From Promethearchaeota archaeon (GTDB lineage: Archaea; Asgardarchaeota; Hermodarchaeia; Hermodarchaeales; Hermodarchaeaceae): a stretch of 32,000 nt of DNA. How positions within the stretch are numbered: the stretch's first letter is position 1; the number at the start of each line of letters is the position of its first letter. The notes below the pieces were generated by a model. It ran no database searches. It was not told the DNA's origin and saw only the letters and a program-made list of their open reading frames with translations. Where the stretch lies: positions 1 through 32,000 of the forward strand of contig JBHLMI010000014.1 in NCBI GenBank assembly GCA_048938295.1, read 5' to 3'. Made by a program: the position numbers and the translations under genes. This document shows, piece by piece, positions 1-8,306 of the stretch.

Positions 1-285
1 ATGGACCAAGTCTACGCCGGTAACACCAAATACAATCACTTCGACGTTGCACTCTGGACCGCCATGGCCAAACTCCGTGCCCCAATCGACGCCTTCGCCA
101 TTCTCAACGAAGTCGCTGACTGGCATGGTGCCTTTGCATACACTAAGGAGAGCGAGTTGGACCTCGGGATTCGGGGTGTGCGCTCGTATAGTATCGGTGC
201 TGAGGGCGGTATGAACATCATGCGCCTGATTATTGGTCGTGAGCTACTGGGTAAAGAGTTTGTGCCCTACGATCGTCCGAAATAA
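1..285 (+). CDS. Acyl-CoA dehydrogenase, C-terminal part (5'-truncated by the window edge)
   Basis: ILNEVADWHGAFAYTKE..LGIRGVRSYSIGAEGGMNIMRLIIGRELL matches the ACAD C-terminal pattern (HGGxGY..E....R......I.EG...I.R.II.R.LL). Stop TAA at 283-285. Confidence 0.75.
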   Translation: MDQVYAGNTKYNHFDVALWTAMAKLRAPIDAFAILNEVADWHGAFAYTKESELDLGIRGVRSYSIGAEGGMNIMRLIIGRELLGKEFVPYDRPK

Positions 286-991
286 GCTTCGGTGAGTGCA
301 GTTCCTGCACTCCGTCTCTTTTTTTTCTTGAACATTTTACGCTAGGCTCTATTCGGTCCTTGGGGAATAGTTTCAGGAGATAGTAGCCTTGGAATGCAGA
401 CCATAAAACTAAGCCATATACCGCGACTTTTTGCATGGCCGCACTGCTGATAATTGGAACGTGCGCAATGAGGCCAACGAAGTAGACAAAGGCTAGAACT
501 CCAATGATAATACCGATCAGGCCATAAAGGTTTGAATACTCACTGTTAAGCAATATGGCAGCTGAGTAGATGAGAATCGCGATGGCGATAAGGAGGAAGA
601 ACACCTGCGTAGCAATACCATGGTAACTTGGGAAGGCGTCGTTGGCGAAGATGGAGAGGGCAGAGAGAAAGGGCATTGAGGCGATACCGAGGATGGTGCC
701 GATCCAGCTGATGATGAGGAGCAGAGTTGTTTTAGTAAAGAGGGGTCGCAGCGCGAGAAGGAACAAAATACTGGCTATCGCAACAAATGTGCAGGTTATC
801 GCGAAGAGGATGTTGTGGTGGGGAGTGGGCACACCATTGGTGACCGTGAGTCCGAGTGAGCTGAAGGAGTTTAAGAAGAAATTGTAGCCTGGGAATGGGT
901 AGATGGCCATGAGGATAGCGGTAATAATGACGAATTGTATGGGTCCAATTATTCCGAGGTAGACTCCGATTCGTTTCCATGATATGGTCAA
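230..991 (-). CDS. DUF998-family multi-pass membrane protein
   Basis: Five hydrophobic helices; YPFPGYNFFLNSFSSLG and HGIATQVFF motifs typical of DUF998; ends ...MQKVAVYGLVLW. A hydrophilic ~40 aa tail overlaps the convergent ACAD by 56 nt. Confidence 0.7.
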   Translation of the reverse strand: MTISWKRIGVYLGIIGPIQFVIITAILMAIYPFPGYNFFLNSFSSLGLTVTNGVPTPHHNILFAITCTFVAIASILFLLALRPLFTKTTLLLIISWIGTILGIASMPFLSALSIFANDAFPSYHGIATQVFFLLIAIAILIYSAAILLNSEYSNLYGLIGIIIGVLAFVYFVGLIAHVPIISSAAMQKVAVYGLVLWSAFQGYYLLKLFPKDRIEPSVKCSRKKRDGVQELHSPKLISDDRRAQTLYPVAHDQ

Positions 992-1227
992 GGTACATCA
1001 CACTCCAGTGTCATGATTGAGTTGATCTATCTCGGTTGGGCGATTGTTTCTTAAAAGGGTAATACCATGCTGGCTTTCGCTCGGGATTTCCTGGTACATT
1101 ATCCTTACTTGGATATCTTTGAAATTGCGGTGTAATCTATCAAGTGCAAATTCGCCCTTATAAATCTGGAAACCTTAAGACTTTTAAACTGCAAAGCCGC
1201 AGACTCCATTCTGAGGGAAATCTAGTG

Positions 1228-1461
1228 ATGCAACCACCGGAAACCTGGATGCCTCCCCAGATTGCGTTTTCAAGCTGGGGTGAACTCATCACGATACTCA
1301 TCCTCGCAGCAATACTCATTCTCTTATTAGCCCTCTGGTTCCGCCCTGATTATCCAAAAGAACACCGAACCACAGCGCTTCTACTAGTATTCATACTCTT
1401 GATTATATTTGTGATAATATTCTGTGGCATGATATTCATCGGGATACCAATGATGCCCTAA
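1228..1461 (+). CDS. Small 2-TM membrane protein (77 aa)
   Basis: ATG at 1228 after GAGGG; two long hydrophobic stretches (LITILILAAILILLLALWF, ALLLVFILLIIFVIIFCGMIFIGI); followed by a terminator-like hairpin. The ORF track start at 1144 is probably too early. Confidence 0.6.
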   Translation: MQPPETWMPPQIAFSSWGELITILILAAILILLLALWFRPDYPKEHRTTALLLVFILLIIFVIIFCGMIFIGIPMMP

Positions 1462-1482
1462 TGCAAACCATGAATTGCTTGA

Positions 1483-1527
1483 GGAAATGGAGGGAGATTA
1501 TACGCGTTCCCTCCTCTTCCTTTTTTT
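1483..1527 (+). terminator. Hairpin plus U-tract terminator candidate
   Basis: GGAGGGA (1489-1495) pairs with TCCCTCC (1508-1514), extended by GGAA/TTCC, then T7 at 1521-1527. Starts 21 nt after the stop at 1461. Confidence 0.6.
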
Positions 1528-1592
1528 CACTTCGATTAATCCTACAAAATCCTTGAACACTAAAAAATAAAAATAATGAAAGGTAATGGCTC

Positions 1593-4500
1593 ATGAGGTT
1601 GGAGGGTATGTTGAGTAAAAAAAAGGTCTTATCAGGTATAGGAGTGTTTCTCATTGCCAGTTTATGCCTTCCATTGATAATGGCACCAATTCTCTCCGAA
1701 GTAACTTCAAGTACGATTGAGGGAAGCTTTCCTACTATTCCGTCTGATCTTCTTTCTAAGGAATTCGATATTGCGGAACTCAGAGCGAGTGGGAAATATT
1801 TGAATCCAAATGCAGCAAATTGGGTGCCGTTCATTCCTGGTGCACTGCCCGGAACAGCTCCTGATGTCTATGTCCAGTCTTCGGACTATACACGGATTGT
1901 TGTCGCAACCAGGTTTTATGGTATGTGGTCAGGGAATCGAACGATTGGGACTGATGTTTATTCCGTACATGCTATTCCAAGTTGTGGACATTTATCTGAT
2001 GTTGGTTCCCCCGAATTACCTGTCGTTACTAAATTTGTTGAAGTTCCTCCCAATGTTGATGTGACTGTGGAAGTACTCCATCGGGTCACTCGAAGATTTT
2101 CCGGATGCAAAGTTACGCCATTCATCGGTTTCTATCCCAGCGCGACAGGATCTTCAAATACAACTAGCCCCTGGTTCCCACCTCCTTCAAACTTTACTGA
2201 CCCTCCAATTAACTCAACCGTTTATTCTTTCAATCGCTTCATTCCCCTGGACAATGTCTGGTTAAGTGGTGGACTCAAAGCTCATCCCATTTACCTTCGA
2301 GGGCGAAGAATAGTTGGCATAAACATCGTACCCATCCTATTCCACCCACAAAATTCAGAATTAGAAGCTCATTCTTCCCTAACTATTGCTTTGAATTATG
2401 ACAAGCAGGCATCTATTCCGGTTATCGAAGAGCGATTTGTTTCTCGAGTCTTTGAAGAGTTATTCCAATCGTTTCTACTCAATTATCATTCCCGAGCTCG
2501 AAGTTCAGCTTCAGCTCAACTGACCTCATCAAAGATGGCTATGACCGATGAGGGAGTAGATTATCTCATTATTACCGACGAAGCATTTATTGACGAATTA
2601 CAACCACTAATTAGTTGGAAGATGCGAAAAGGGCTTCAGACCCGATGTATTACTGTTCAACAAATCGTCAGAGATGATAACCAGAACCCCGATACGATCA
2701 GCCCCATAGAGAAACGGCGACTAGTTACAGAGTATATTAACGACACCTATTGGGGCGAAACACCTGCCCCAAGTTATGTGCTTTTCGTTGGTGATGACGA
2801 ACATATTGTTCCTCACTATGAATATCAGCACTACGCGGCCGAACATGCAGGTGCATTTGTTGGATCAGACTTAGGCTACTTTACTGTCGACGGCGATGAC
2901 TATATCCCAGATATTCTTTACGGAAGATTTTCAGTTGACACGCCTCAAGAAACCCGAAATCTTGTTAGCAAGACCCTCGATTATGAAAAAGATCCGCCTG
3001 CACGAAGCTCTCATTTCTATGACTACATTACGCCAGTCGCCTATTCATTCATCACAGATCCAGCACGTTCATTTTTCCTTTCGGCAAACAATGTTAGTGA
3101 ACATCTCAGTAATTTTTATGAGATAGATACAGTTTATAGGTCTTTTCCAAACTTTGATGTCGAAGGTACGAAGATAGACATCCGTTCAGCCTTTAATGAC
3201 GGACGGCTCATGATTTATTATGTCGGGCATGGAGCCTCTGAGAATTTTCAAAAATACGTAACTCGTGAAACAATGGATGGTTGGTCTAATCCAATCTTTA
3301 CGACCCGCGATTTCACTGGTTTAGATAACGACGGGATGTATCCTTTAGTAGTTAGCATAGCATGTTGTACAGGATGGTTCGATGGAAACACCGATTGTCT
3401 GGGTGCGAAGCAGGGATTTGAATACCTCTTGGAAGGGGAGTATGAAAGCTTCTGTGAGAATATAACAAGATTAGGTGGAAGTGGGGCGATTGCGGCTATT
3501 GGAGCCACTCGGATGGCAGAGTTTTGGGCTGGTGATGCATTATTTGACGGGATGATAGATTGCATGTGGCCAGATTATCGAGCAGCTTCAGCCTTTGGCG
3601 TCACGCCAACCCTAGGGCAGATGTTGTGGTATGGAAAGATGTTTATGGCTACATATTTGGGATTAGATTCCCGGAGAACTGAAATTACCTATCACATGTA
3701 TCATTTATTTGGTGATCCTGAACTCAAACTGTGGAGAGATGCACCGGGTACACTGACCGTAGAACATCCAGAAGGAATAGGTTCAATGGGAGAACAATCA
3801 TTCTACGTGAAGGTTACCAATGCCTCCTCAGGACAACCAGTTGAATCAGCAACAGTTTCTCTCCAAATGGATGATTTGATCGTTAAATTTGATTCGAATT
3901 CATATGGCTATGCATATTGTTACATTACGCCATCACAATACGGCGGAGTGATGAACATCACCGTAACTCATTCAGATTTCAAACCCTACCTGAACGAAAT
4001 GACCGTAACTCCACATGGTGGATATCTAGAGCTCTCTCTTAATGAAGCAGATGCTAATTATGATCTTACTCTGACAGGCTACGAGTTTGATTATGGTGCA
4101 GTCGATATTGATTTTGGTGGCCATGAATTAAGATGCTATGTTGATGTTGCCACCCAAGGAGAGTTTGTAAATTCATTTGATGTCTTCTCTGGGGTTGAAA
4201 GTCCCGTGAATATTGTTGCAAATCAATTTGGAGGTAACAAGTTAGCAGTAACCCTTTTTGGTCGATTGGATGATCATGCGGATCCGTATATTTATTCTCA
4301 ATGGGATGAAGACACCTGGGCATTGTATTCAGAGTCAAAAAGTGGGCATCCACGGTGGGATAACCCAGATATTGAATTAAGATATCTTCTCCCAGTAGGA
4401 GGGTATGAAGTTCCTCCCGAAACGACACATACTCTTCACGTCACAGTTCACAATAAGGGACATGCAACAGCACGAGGAGTCACCGTTAGCCTGTATGAAG

Positions 4501-5165
4501 GAGAGTGGGGAATAGGACAGCAATCCTGGAGAAGAATCAAGGAATGGATCAATATCCAAATCCCAGGAAAGAGGAGTCACACCCTTTCGACGACTTGGAG
4601 TACCCTAGTTGCCGGTAGTTGGTGTTTCAGAGCTGAAATAAGCTATGACCAGGATGAAAACATTGATAATAACATCGGATTAGAAAACTTGGCAGTTCAA
4701 ACAGTTACTACGCCTGGAACATACCATTTCAAATTTCCATTTTCTATATACAATCCGAATGCAGAGAAAATTAGCTTTGATTCAGTAAACTTGCTGGAGA
4801 GGGAACTGCGTGAAAATCAGCTTGTTCAGATTGAAAGAGAGGCTTCTTATGTATTCAGTCCTCCGCACCTCGAATTAGCAAACTTATCAATAGTAATTCC
4901 AGCTGAAGTTCCATATGGTGAAACTCAAACGTATGTAGTTACTGCAACAAGTGACGGCAGAGTTTATGGAGGTATTGAAGTTATCATCCACAAATTCCCC
5001 ATCGAAATCCCAAGGATATCAGACAAATGGCTTTTAGGTTTCCTCGTCTTACTTATTCTCATAATAATTGTTATTATCCTATCCTATTTTGTGATTCGAA
5101 GTCTAAAGTCAGACAATCAAAGTTCTGATAAACAAAATCAAAATACTGGTACATCTGACCCGTGA
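1593..5165 (+). CDS. Gingipain-like C25 cysteine peptidase: signal/anchor, C25 propeptide, catalytic domain, Ig-like/CARDB domains, C-terminal TM
   Basis: Propeptide GSPELPVVTKFVEVP; YLIITDEAF..LISWKMRKG; YVLFVGD; SDLGY...IPDILYGRF; catalytic His in YVGHG and Cys in SIACCTGWFD; LFGDP; CARDB-like VTVHNKG...DENIDNN; C-terminal WLLGFLVLLILIIIVIILSYFVI. Confidence 0.9.
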   Translation: MRLEGMLSKKKVLSGIGVFLIASLCLPLIMAPILSEVTSSTIEGSFPTIPSDLLSKEFDIAELRASGKYLNPNAANWVPFIPGALPGTAPDVYVQSSDYTRIVVATRFYGMWSGNRTIGTDVYSVHAIPSCGHLSDVGSPELPVVTKFVEVPPNVDVTVEVLHRVTRRFSGCKVTPFIGFYPSATGSSNTTSPWFPPPSNFTDPPINSTVYSFNRFIPLDNVWLSGGLKAHPIYLRGRRIVGINIVPILFHPQNSELEAHSSLTIALNYDKQASIPVIEERFVSRVFEELFQSFLLNYHSRARSSASAQLTSSKMAMTDEGVDYLIITDEAFIDELQPLISWKMRKGLQTRCITVQQIVRDDNQNPDTISPIEKRRLVTEYINDTYWGETPAPSYVLFVGDDEHIVPHYEYQHYAAEHAGAFVGSDLGYFTVDGDDYIPDILYGRFSVDTPQETRNLVSKTLDYEKDPPARSSHFYDYITPVAYSFITDPARSFFLSANNVSEHLSNFYEIDTVYRSFPNFDVEGTKIDIRSAFNDGRLMIYYVGHGASENFQKYVTRETMDGWSNPIFTTRDFTGLDNDGMYPLVVSIACCTGWFDGNTDCLGAKQGFEYLLEGEYESFCENITRLGGSGAIAAIGATRMAEFWAGDALFDGMIDCMWPDYRAASAFGVTPTLGQMLWYGKMFMATYLGLDSRRTEITYHMYHLFGDPELKLWRDAPGTLTVEHPEGIGSMGEQSFYVKVTNASSGQPVESATVSLQMDDLIVKFDSNSYGYAYCYITPSQYGGVMNITVTHSDFKPYLNEMTVTPHGGYLELSLNEADANYDLTLTGYEFDYGAVDIDFGGHELRCYVDVATQGEFVNSFDVFSGVESPVNIVANQFGGNKLAVTLFGRLDDHADPYIYSQWDEDTWALYSESKSGHPRWDNPDIELRYLLPVGGYEVPPETTHTLHVTVHNKGHATARGVTVSLYEGEWGIGQQSWRRIKEWINIQIPGKRSHTLSTTWSTLVAGSWCFRAEISYDQDENIDNNIGLENLAVQTVTTPGTYHFKFPFSIYNPNAEKISFDSVNLLERELRENQLVQIEREASYVFSPPHLELANLSIVIPAEVPYGETQTYVVTATSDGRVYGGIEVIIHKFPIEIPRISDKWLLGFLVLLILIIIVIILSYFVIRSLKSDNQSSDKQNQNTGTSDP

Positions 5166-5300
5166 ACGACCTTCCATAGCGATAATGCTTTGCAAATGAC
5201 CCGAGTGAAAATGAGTTAATAAATTCTATCAATACGAGGGGCATTCGATAAGTATCAAATTTTATATTCTAAAGTGAGATTTTCATTGTAGTTCATATTT

Positions 5301-5320
5301 TTATGTCACCGGTGACATAA
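5301..5320. promoter_or_regulatory. Perfect 20-bp palindrome, candidate operator
   Basis: TTATGTCACC|GGTGACATAA is exactly self-complementary and lies 100 nt upstream of the first regulator ATG (5421). Confidence 0.55.
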
Positions 5321-5349
5321 CGGGTGCGGATTTAGAATTTCGACAAGCC

Positions 5350-5375
5350 GCATAGGTAGTGCAGCGATGGTTTCA
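5350..5375 (+). promoter_or_regulatory. Conserved leader element, copy 1
   Basis: GCATAGGTAGTGCAGCGATGGTTTCA is 23/26 identical to 6530-6555 and ends 45 nt before the ATG. Confidence 0.55.
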
Positions 5376-5420
5376 AACACCCATCTGCAAGATTGTCTAG
5401 TGTAGTTTGGTGTGGTGAGA

Positions 5421-6392
5421 ATGGACGAAATTGACAAGCGGCTCATATTCGAACTTCTCGTTGATTATCGGGCTTCATATCAGTCCATGGCAAAGAAACT
5501 GGACTTATCTGTGAATGCGGTGAAAAAACGGTTTGAAAGGTTGAGAAGTGTGGGCATCATTCGTGGTGGGCTTTTAGCGCCTGTGCCTAGTATGATAGGG
5601 AGTGAGGATTGGGTGGCGATTTTACGCATGGAGGGATTGAGTACCTCAGAAGAACAGTTGGCTAGAGTGGGAGCACACCGGTTGGTTCGGGCAGGGAGCA
5701 TTTTAACCGATGGAAGTATCCTATGCTTTGGAATTGTTGGAGGTGCCAAGGACCTTCAGGAGATTGGGAGCTATTTGCGACAGGTTCCTGGAGTAGAATC
5801 CGTAGAATTCCACACTATTTTGAATGAACCAGGAAAGAGGTGTGAGTTGACCATGGCTGATTTGAAAGTCCTTCGCTGTTTACGCCAGGAGCCACGAATT
5901 CCAATCAGTGAGATTGCCCAACTAACTGGGTTGACACCGCGTCGCATCCGGAAAATACTTATAAATTTACTTGGTGAAAACGGTGCTGAGATAACTTTTC
6001 ATTTGAATTGGGAGCCGCGAGGTGTGGCGCATCCCAATGAGGTGTGTTTTCGTCTGAGTGTTTGGTGGAATTTGAATGCCGGCGGATATACAGCATTCAT
6101 TATTAAGATTCGGCATGCAGAAGGTACTGAAGCCCGTAGTCGAATCGTCAATTGGCTGAAATGCACATATCCGTTTAAGTTCTGGTATGCCTATGCGTCG
6201 GCTTTCGAACCTGTGATTTTTTGTATATTCATGGTTGAGCATTTACATGAATCGATTGACATCGCTAGCGCTGTGACACAATTACCGGAAGCGGTTGATG
6301 TGTATCCGATTTTTGGATATCCCACGAAAGTCTTTCGAAGCCAAATAGATGATTATTTTGAAGCACTCTTCAAACAGCTAGAAGCGGAATGA
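5421..6392 (+). CDS. Lrp/AsnC-type transcriptional regulator with two winged HTH domains, paralog 1
   Basis: MDEIDKRLIFEL..YRASYQSMAKKLDLSVNAVKKR (AsnC-type HTH) and a second HTH DLKVLRCLRQEPRIPISEIAQLTGLTPRRIRK. Start taken at ATG 5421 (alternative GTG 5412). Confidence 0.85.
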   Translation: MDEIDKRLIFELLVDYRASYQSMAKKLDLSVNAVKKRFERLRSVGIIRGGLLAPVPSMIGSEDWVAILRMEGLSTSEEQLARVGAHRLVRAGSILTDGSILCFGIVGGAKDLQEIGSYLRQVPGVESVEFHTILNEPGKRCELTMADLKVLRCLRQEPRIPISEIAQLTGLTPRRIRKILINLLGENGAEITFHLNWEPRGVAHPNEVCFRLSVWWNLNAGGYTAFIIKIRHAEGTEARSRIVNWLKCTYPFKFWYAYASAFEPVIFCIFMVEHLHESIDIASAVTQLPEAVDVYPIFGYPTKVFRSQIDDYFEALFKQLEAE

Positions 6393-6520
6393 TGGATCTG
6401 GCCATCTACTATCGAACCTTTTTTCGGTACAACTTCTTCTTTGTGTATATTTCTGGTGATATTCACTCTGAGGTTTGCATTTTTATGTATGGACCTTGTA
6501 GTGAATGTGGATTCGGACAT

Positions 6521-6555
6521 TGAAACGCTGCATGGGTGGTGCAGCGGTGGTTTCA
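6521..6555 (+). promoter_or_regulatory. Conserved leader element, copy 2, with hairpin potential
   Basis: TGAAA-CGCTGCA-TGGGTGG-TGCAGCG-GTGG-TTTCA forms 12 bp around a 7-nt loop with a 4-nt bulge. Ends 47 nt before ATG 6603. Confidence 0.55.
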
Positions 6556-6602
6556 CATCCCTATCAGATCAATGTAAACCAGAGTAGGTAGGTTTGGGAA
6601 GT

Positions 6603-7589
6603 ATGGACGAAATTGACAAGAACATCATCTTCGAGTTATCTGTCAATTATCGTGTCTCATACCAGACGATTGCCAAGAAATACAATCTTTCGGTGAATGC
6701 GGTGAAAAAACGCATTCAGAAACTGAAAAGTGACGGGATTATTCGTGGAGGGTGGTTGTTTCCGATGAATGCTATGCTGGGGATGGAAAATTGGGTGGCA
6801 CTTGTAAGAACGGAGGATCCGATTCCCTCTGATGCTTTCTTAGACGGTCTTGGAGCGCACAGGTCGATTGATTCCGCCAGTATCCTTACAGATGGAAGTA
6901 TTCTCTGCTTCGGACATTATGCTGGTGCCAAAGGTCTTGAAGAACTTGGTACGTTCTTGCGTCAAACTCCAGGCGTTACATCCGTGGACTTTCACACAAT
7001 CCTTGCTGAGCCGGGTAAGCGTCGGGAACTATCCCTATCAGATTTGAAGGTATTACGCTGTTTACGCCAGGATCCCCGAATGTCGATCAGTAATATATCC
7101 CAGAATACTCGACTTACGCCCCGCCGAATCCGAAAAATAATCCAAGAATTGATTGATGATAAGGGCTCTGAACCGGAACTCTATCTAAACTGGAACTCAC
7201 GAGGAGGAAGCCGCCCCGATCAAGTCTCCTTTAAGGTCAGTATAAACTGGAATTTGAATGCTGGAGGCCATACGACTTTTGTCATTATCATCCGCCACGA
7301 AGAAGGCGCAGAATTTCGATCCAAGATCATAAATGTGCTTAAGGAGAAATATCCGTTCAAATTCTGGTATTCGTATGCTTCAGCCTTTGAACCGGTTATT
7401 TTCTGTGTCTTTGTAGTGGAGCACATGCGCGAAGCAGGAGACATTATTGAGACATTACGACAAACCCCTGAGATCCTCTCAGCGAATGCGATTTATGGAT
7501 ACCCGAGTCGACGGTATCACAGTGTTGTTGATGAGTATTTTGAAGAACTCTTCAAACGCCTAGAGGACTATGTAAAAAAGGCGGATTAA
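6603..7589 (+). CDS. Lrp/AsnC-type double-wHTH transcriptional regulator, paralog 2
   Basis: Colinear with paralog 1: 36/50 identical in the first 50 aa, identical LSVNAVKKR helix, shared WNLNAGG and YASAFEPVIFC. Start ATG 6603 (alternative TTG 6594). Confidence 0.85.
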   Translation: MDEIDKNIIFELSVNYRVSYQTIAKKYNLSVNAVKKRIQKLKSDGIIRGGWLFPMNAMLGMENWVALVRTEDPIPSDAFLDGLGAHRSIDSASILTDGSILCFGHYAGAKGLEELGTFLRQTPGVTSVDFHTILAEPGKRRELSLSDLKVLRCLRQDPRMSISNISQNTRLTPRRIRKIIQELIDDKGSEPELYLNWNSRGGSRPDQVSFKVSINWNLNAGGHTTFVIIIRHEEGAEFRSKIINVLKEKYPFKFWYSYASAFEPVIFCVFVVEHMREAGDIIETLRQTPEILSANAIYGYPSRRYHSVVDEYFEELFKRLEDYVKKAD

Positions 7590-7606
7590 AGCGCTCAAGG
7601 AAAAAC

Positions 7607-7741
7607 ATGAGAGATGCCGTCCTCATCGCAGATGTGTTCATCTTCGACTGGTGGGTTCTCATTGACTACCAGGCCGGTGCAATCTTTCTGTTCATCGGTT
7701 ATTTCATGATGGCTCTCCATATACTACGAGGTAAGAAGTAG
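7607..7741 (+). CDS. Putative 44-aa hydrophobic microprotein (not in the ORF track)
   Basis: MRDAVLIADVFIFDWWVLIDYQAGAIFLFIGYFMMALHILRGKK*; AAGGA upstream; starts 17 nt after the regulator stop; basic C-terminus; followed by a hairpin and T-tract. Confidence 0.45.
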   Translation: MRDAVLIADVFIFDWWVLIDYQAGAIFLFIGYFMMALHILRGKK

Positions 7742-7767
7742 CTAATCCTAGAAGAGATTTTATTTTC

Positions 7768-7808
7768 AGAGTGTAGGGAAATTCTATACTCTCCCTATCT
7801 TCTTTTTT
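7768..7808 (+). terminator. Hairpin plus U-tract terminator candidate
   Basis: AGAGTGTAG (7768-7776) pairs with CTATACTCT (7784-7792), one G-U pair; T6 at 7803-7808. Confidence 0.45.
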
Positions 7809-7839
7809 CGACTCAATTAACATGCAAATTAAAAAATTT

Positions 7840-7966
7840 AGCCGGATCTTCAAGGTTCCTTCCCCTCCATTTTGGCACTTCCCGGTCCAAGAAAAATGGG
7901 TGGCAATGGACCTTTTTTAGGACAACGGATTCGGAGTTTACGTTCAAGTTCCTTGAAGACCCGGCT
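7840..7966. repeat. 16-bp inverted repeat enclosing 95 nt
   Basis: AGCCGGATCTTCAAGG (7840-7855) and CCTTGAAGACCCGGCT (7951-7966) are 15/16 complementary. No target-site duplication seen. Confidence 0.6.
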
Positions 7967-8025
7967 GGTCAGTTTCCACGGTCCGTGTCCCTAGTGTCAA
8001 TGTCGTTCCCTAGTAGTAAGTGTGA

Positions 8026-8169
8026 TTAGCGTCGTGATGTGACGATTGCAAAGTTGATTCGATCGCGGGGAGTGCCTCGGGGGTTCTTTGCCCCTGTCAC
8101 AGCGCGTTCTGCGACAGGCATCTCAGTAATTTTCTTCTTTGTGTGTCCGGTTTCTTTCTTATCGACCAT
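8026..8169 (-). CDS. Basic microprotein B, 47 aa, unknown family (not in the ORF track)
   Basis: MVDKKETGHTKKKITEMPVAERAVTGAKNPRGTPRDRINFAIVTSRR*; SD GGAGGT just upstream of the ATG; clear paralog of 8520-8657. Confidence 0.75.
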   Translation of the reverse strand: MVDKKETGHTKKKITEMPVAERAVTGAKNPRGTPRDRINFAIVTSRR

Positions 8170-8227
8170 TTTCTATCAACCTCCTGACCAAGCAGGACAA
8201 TGATGTATAACCCTGAAATTGCCTATT

Positions 8228-8306
8228 ATTCGATGGGAGCTCGTCAGTGCAAAAATTCGATAAAAAATGATAGAGCGAGCCAACTTTTGCACTCCATGGT
8301 GCAAAA
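8228..8306 (-). promoter_or_regulatory. Upstream module of microprotein B
   Basis: 8228-8253 is 19/26 identical to 8742-8767; GTGCAAAA (8247-8254)-N30-TTTTGCAC (8285-8292); a third site GTGCAAAA at 8299-8306. Confidence 0.55.

Noticed and set aside
1144-1470. Additional TGCAAA words at about 1146, 1190 and 1463 (also about 5191 and 7823)
   Set aside because: They lack the paired N30 arrangement and the flanking GATGGG block; a 6-mer is expected by chance in AT-rich DNA.
6392-6523. 43-aa ORF (MDLAIYYRTFF...CSECGFGH) coupled to the regulator 1 stop by TGATG
   Set aside because: Its Phe/Tyr-rich composition mirrors T-rich intergenic DNA, and there is no counterpart at the paralogous locus.
7988-8014. 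Direct repeat TCCCTAGT twice with a 19-nt period
   Set aside because: Only two 8-bp units; too short for a CRISPR array or a supported iteron.
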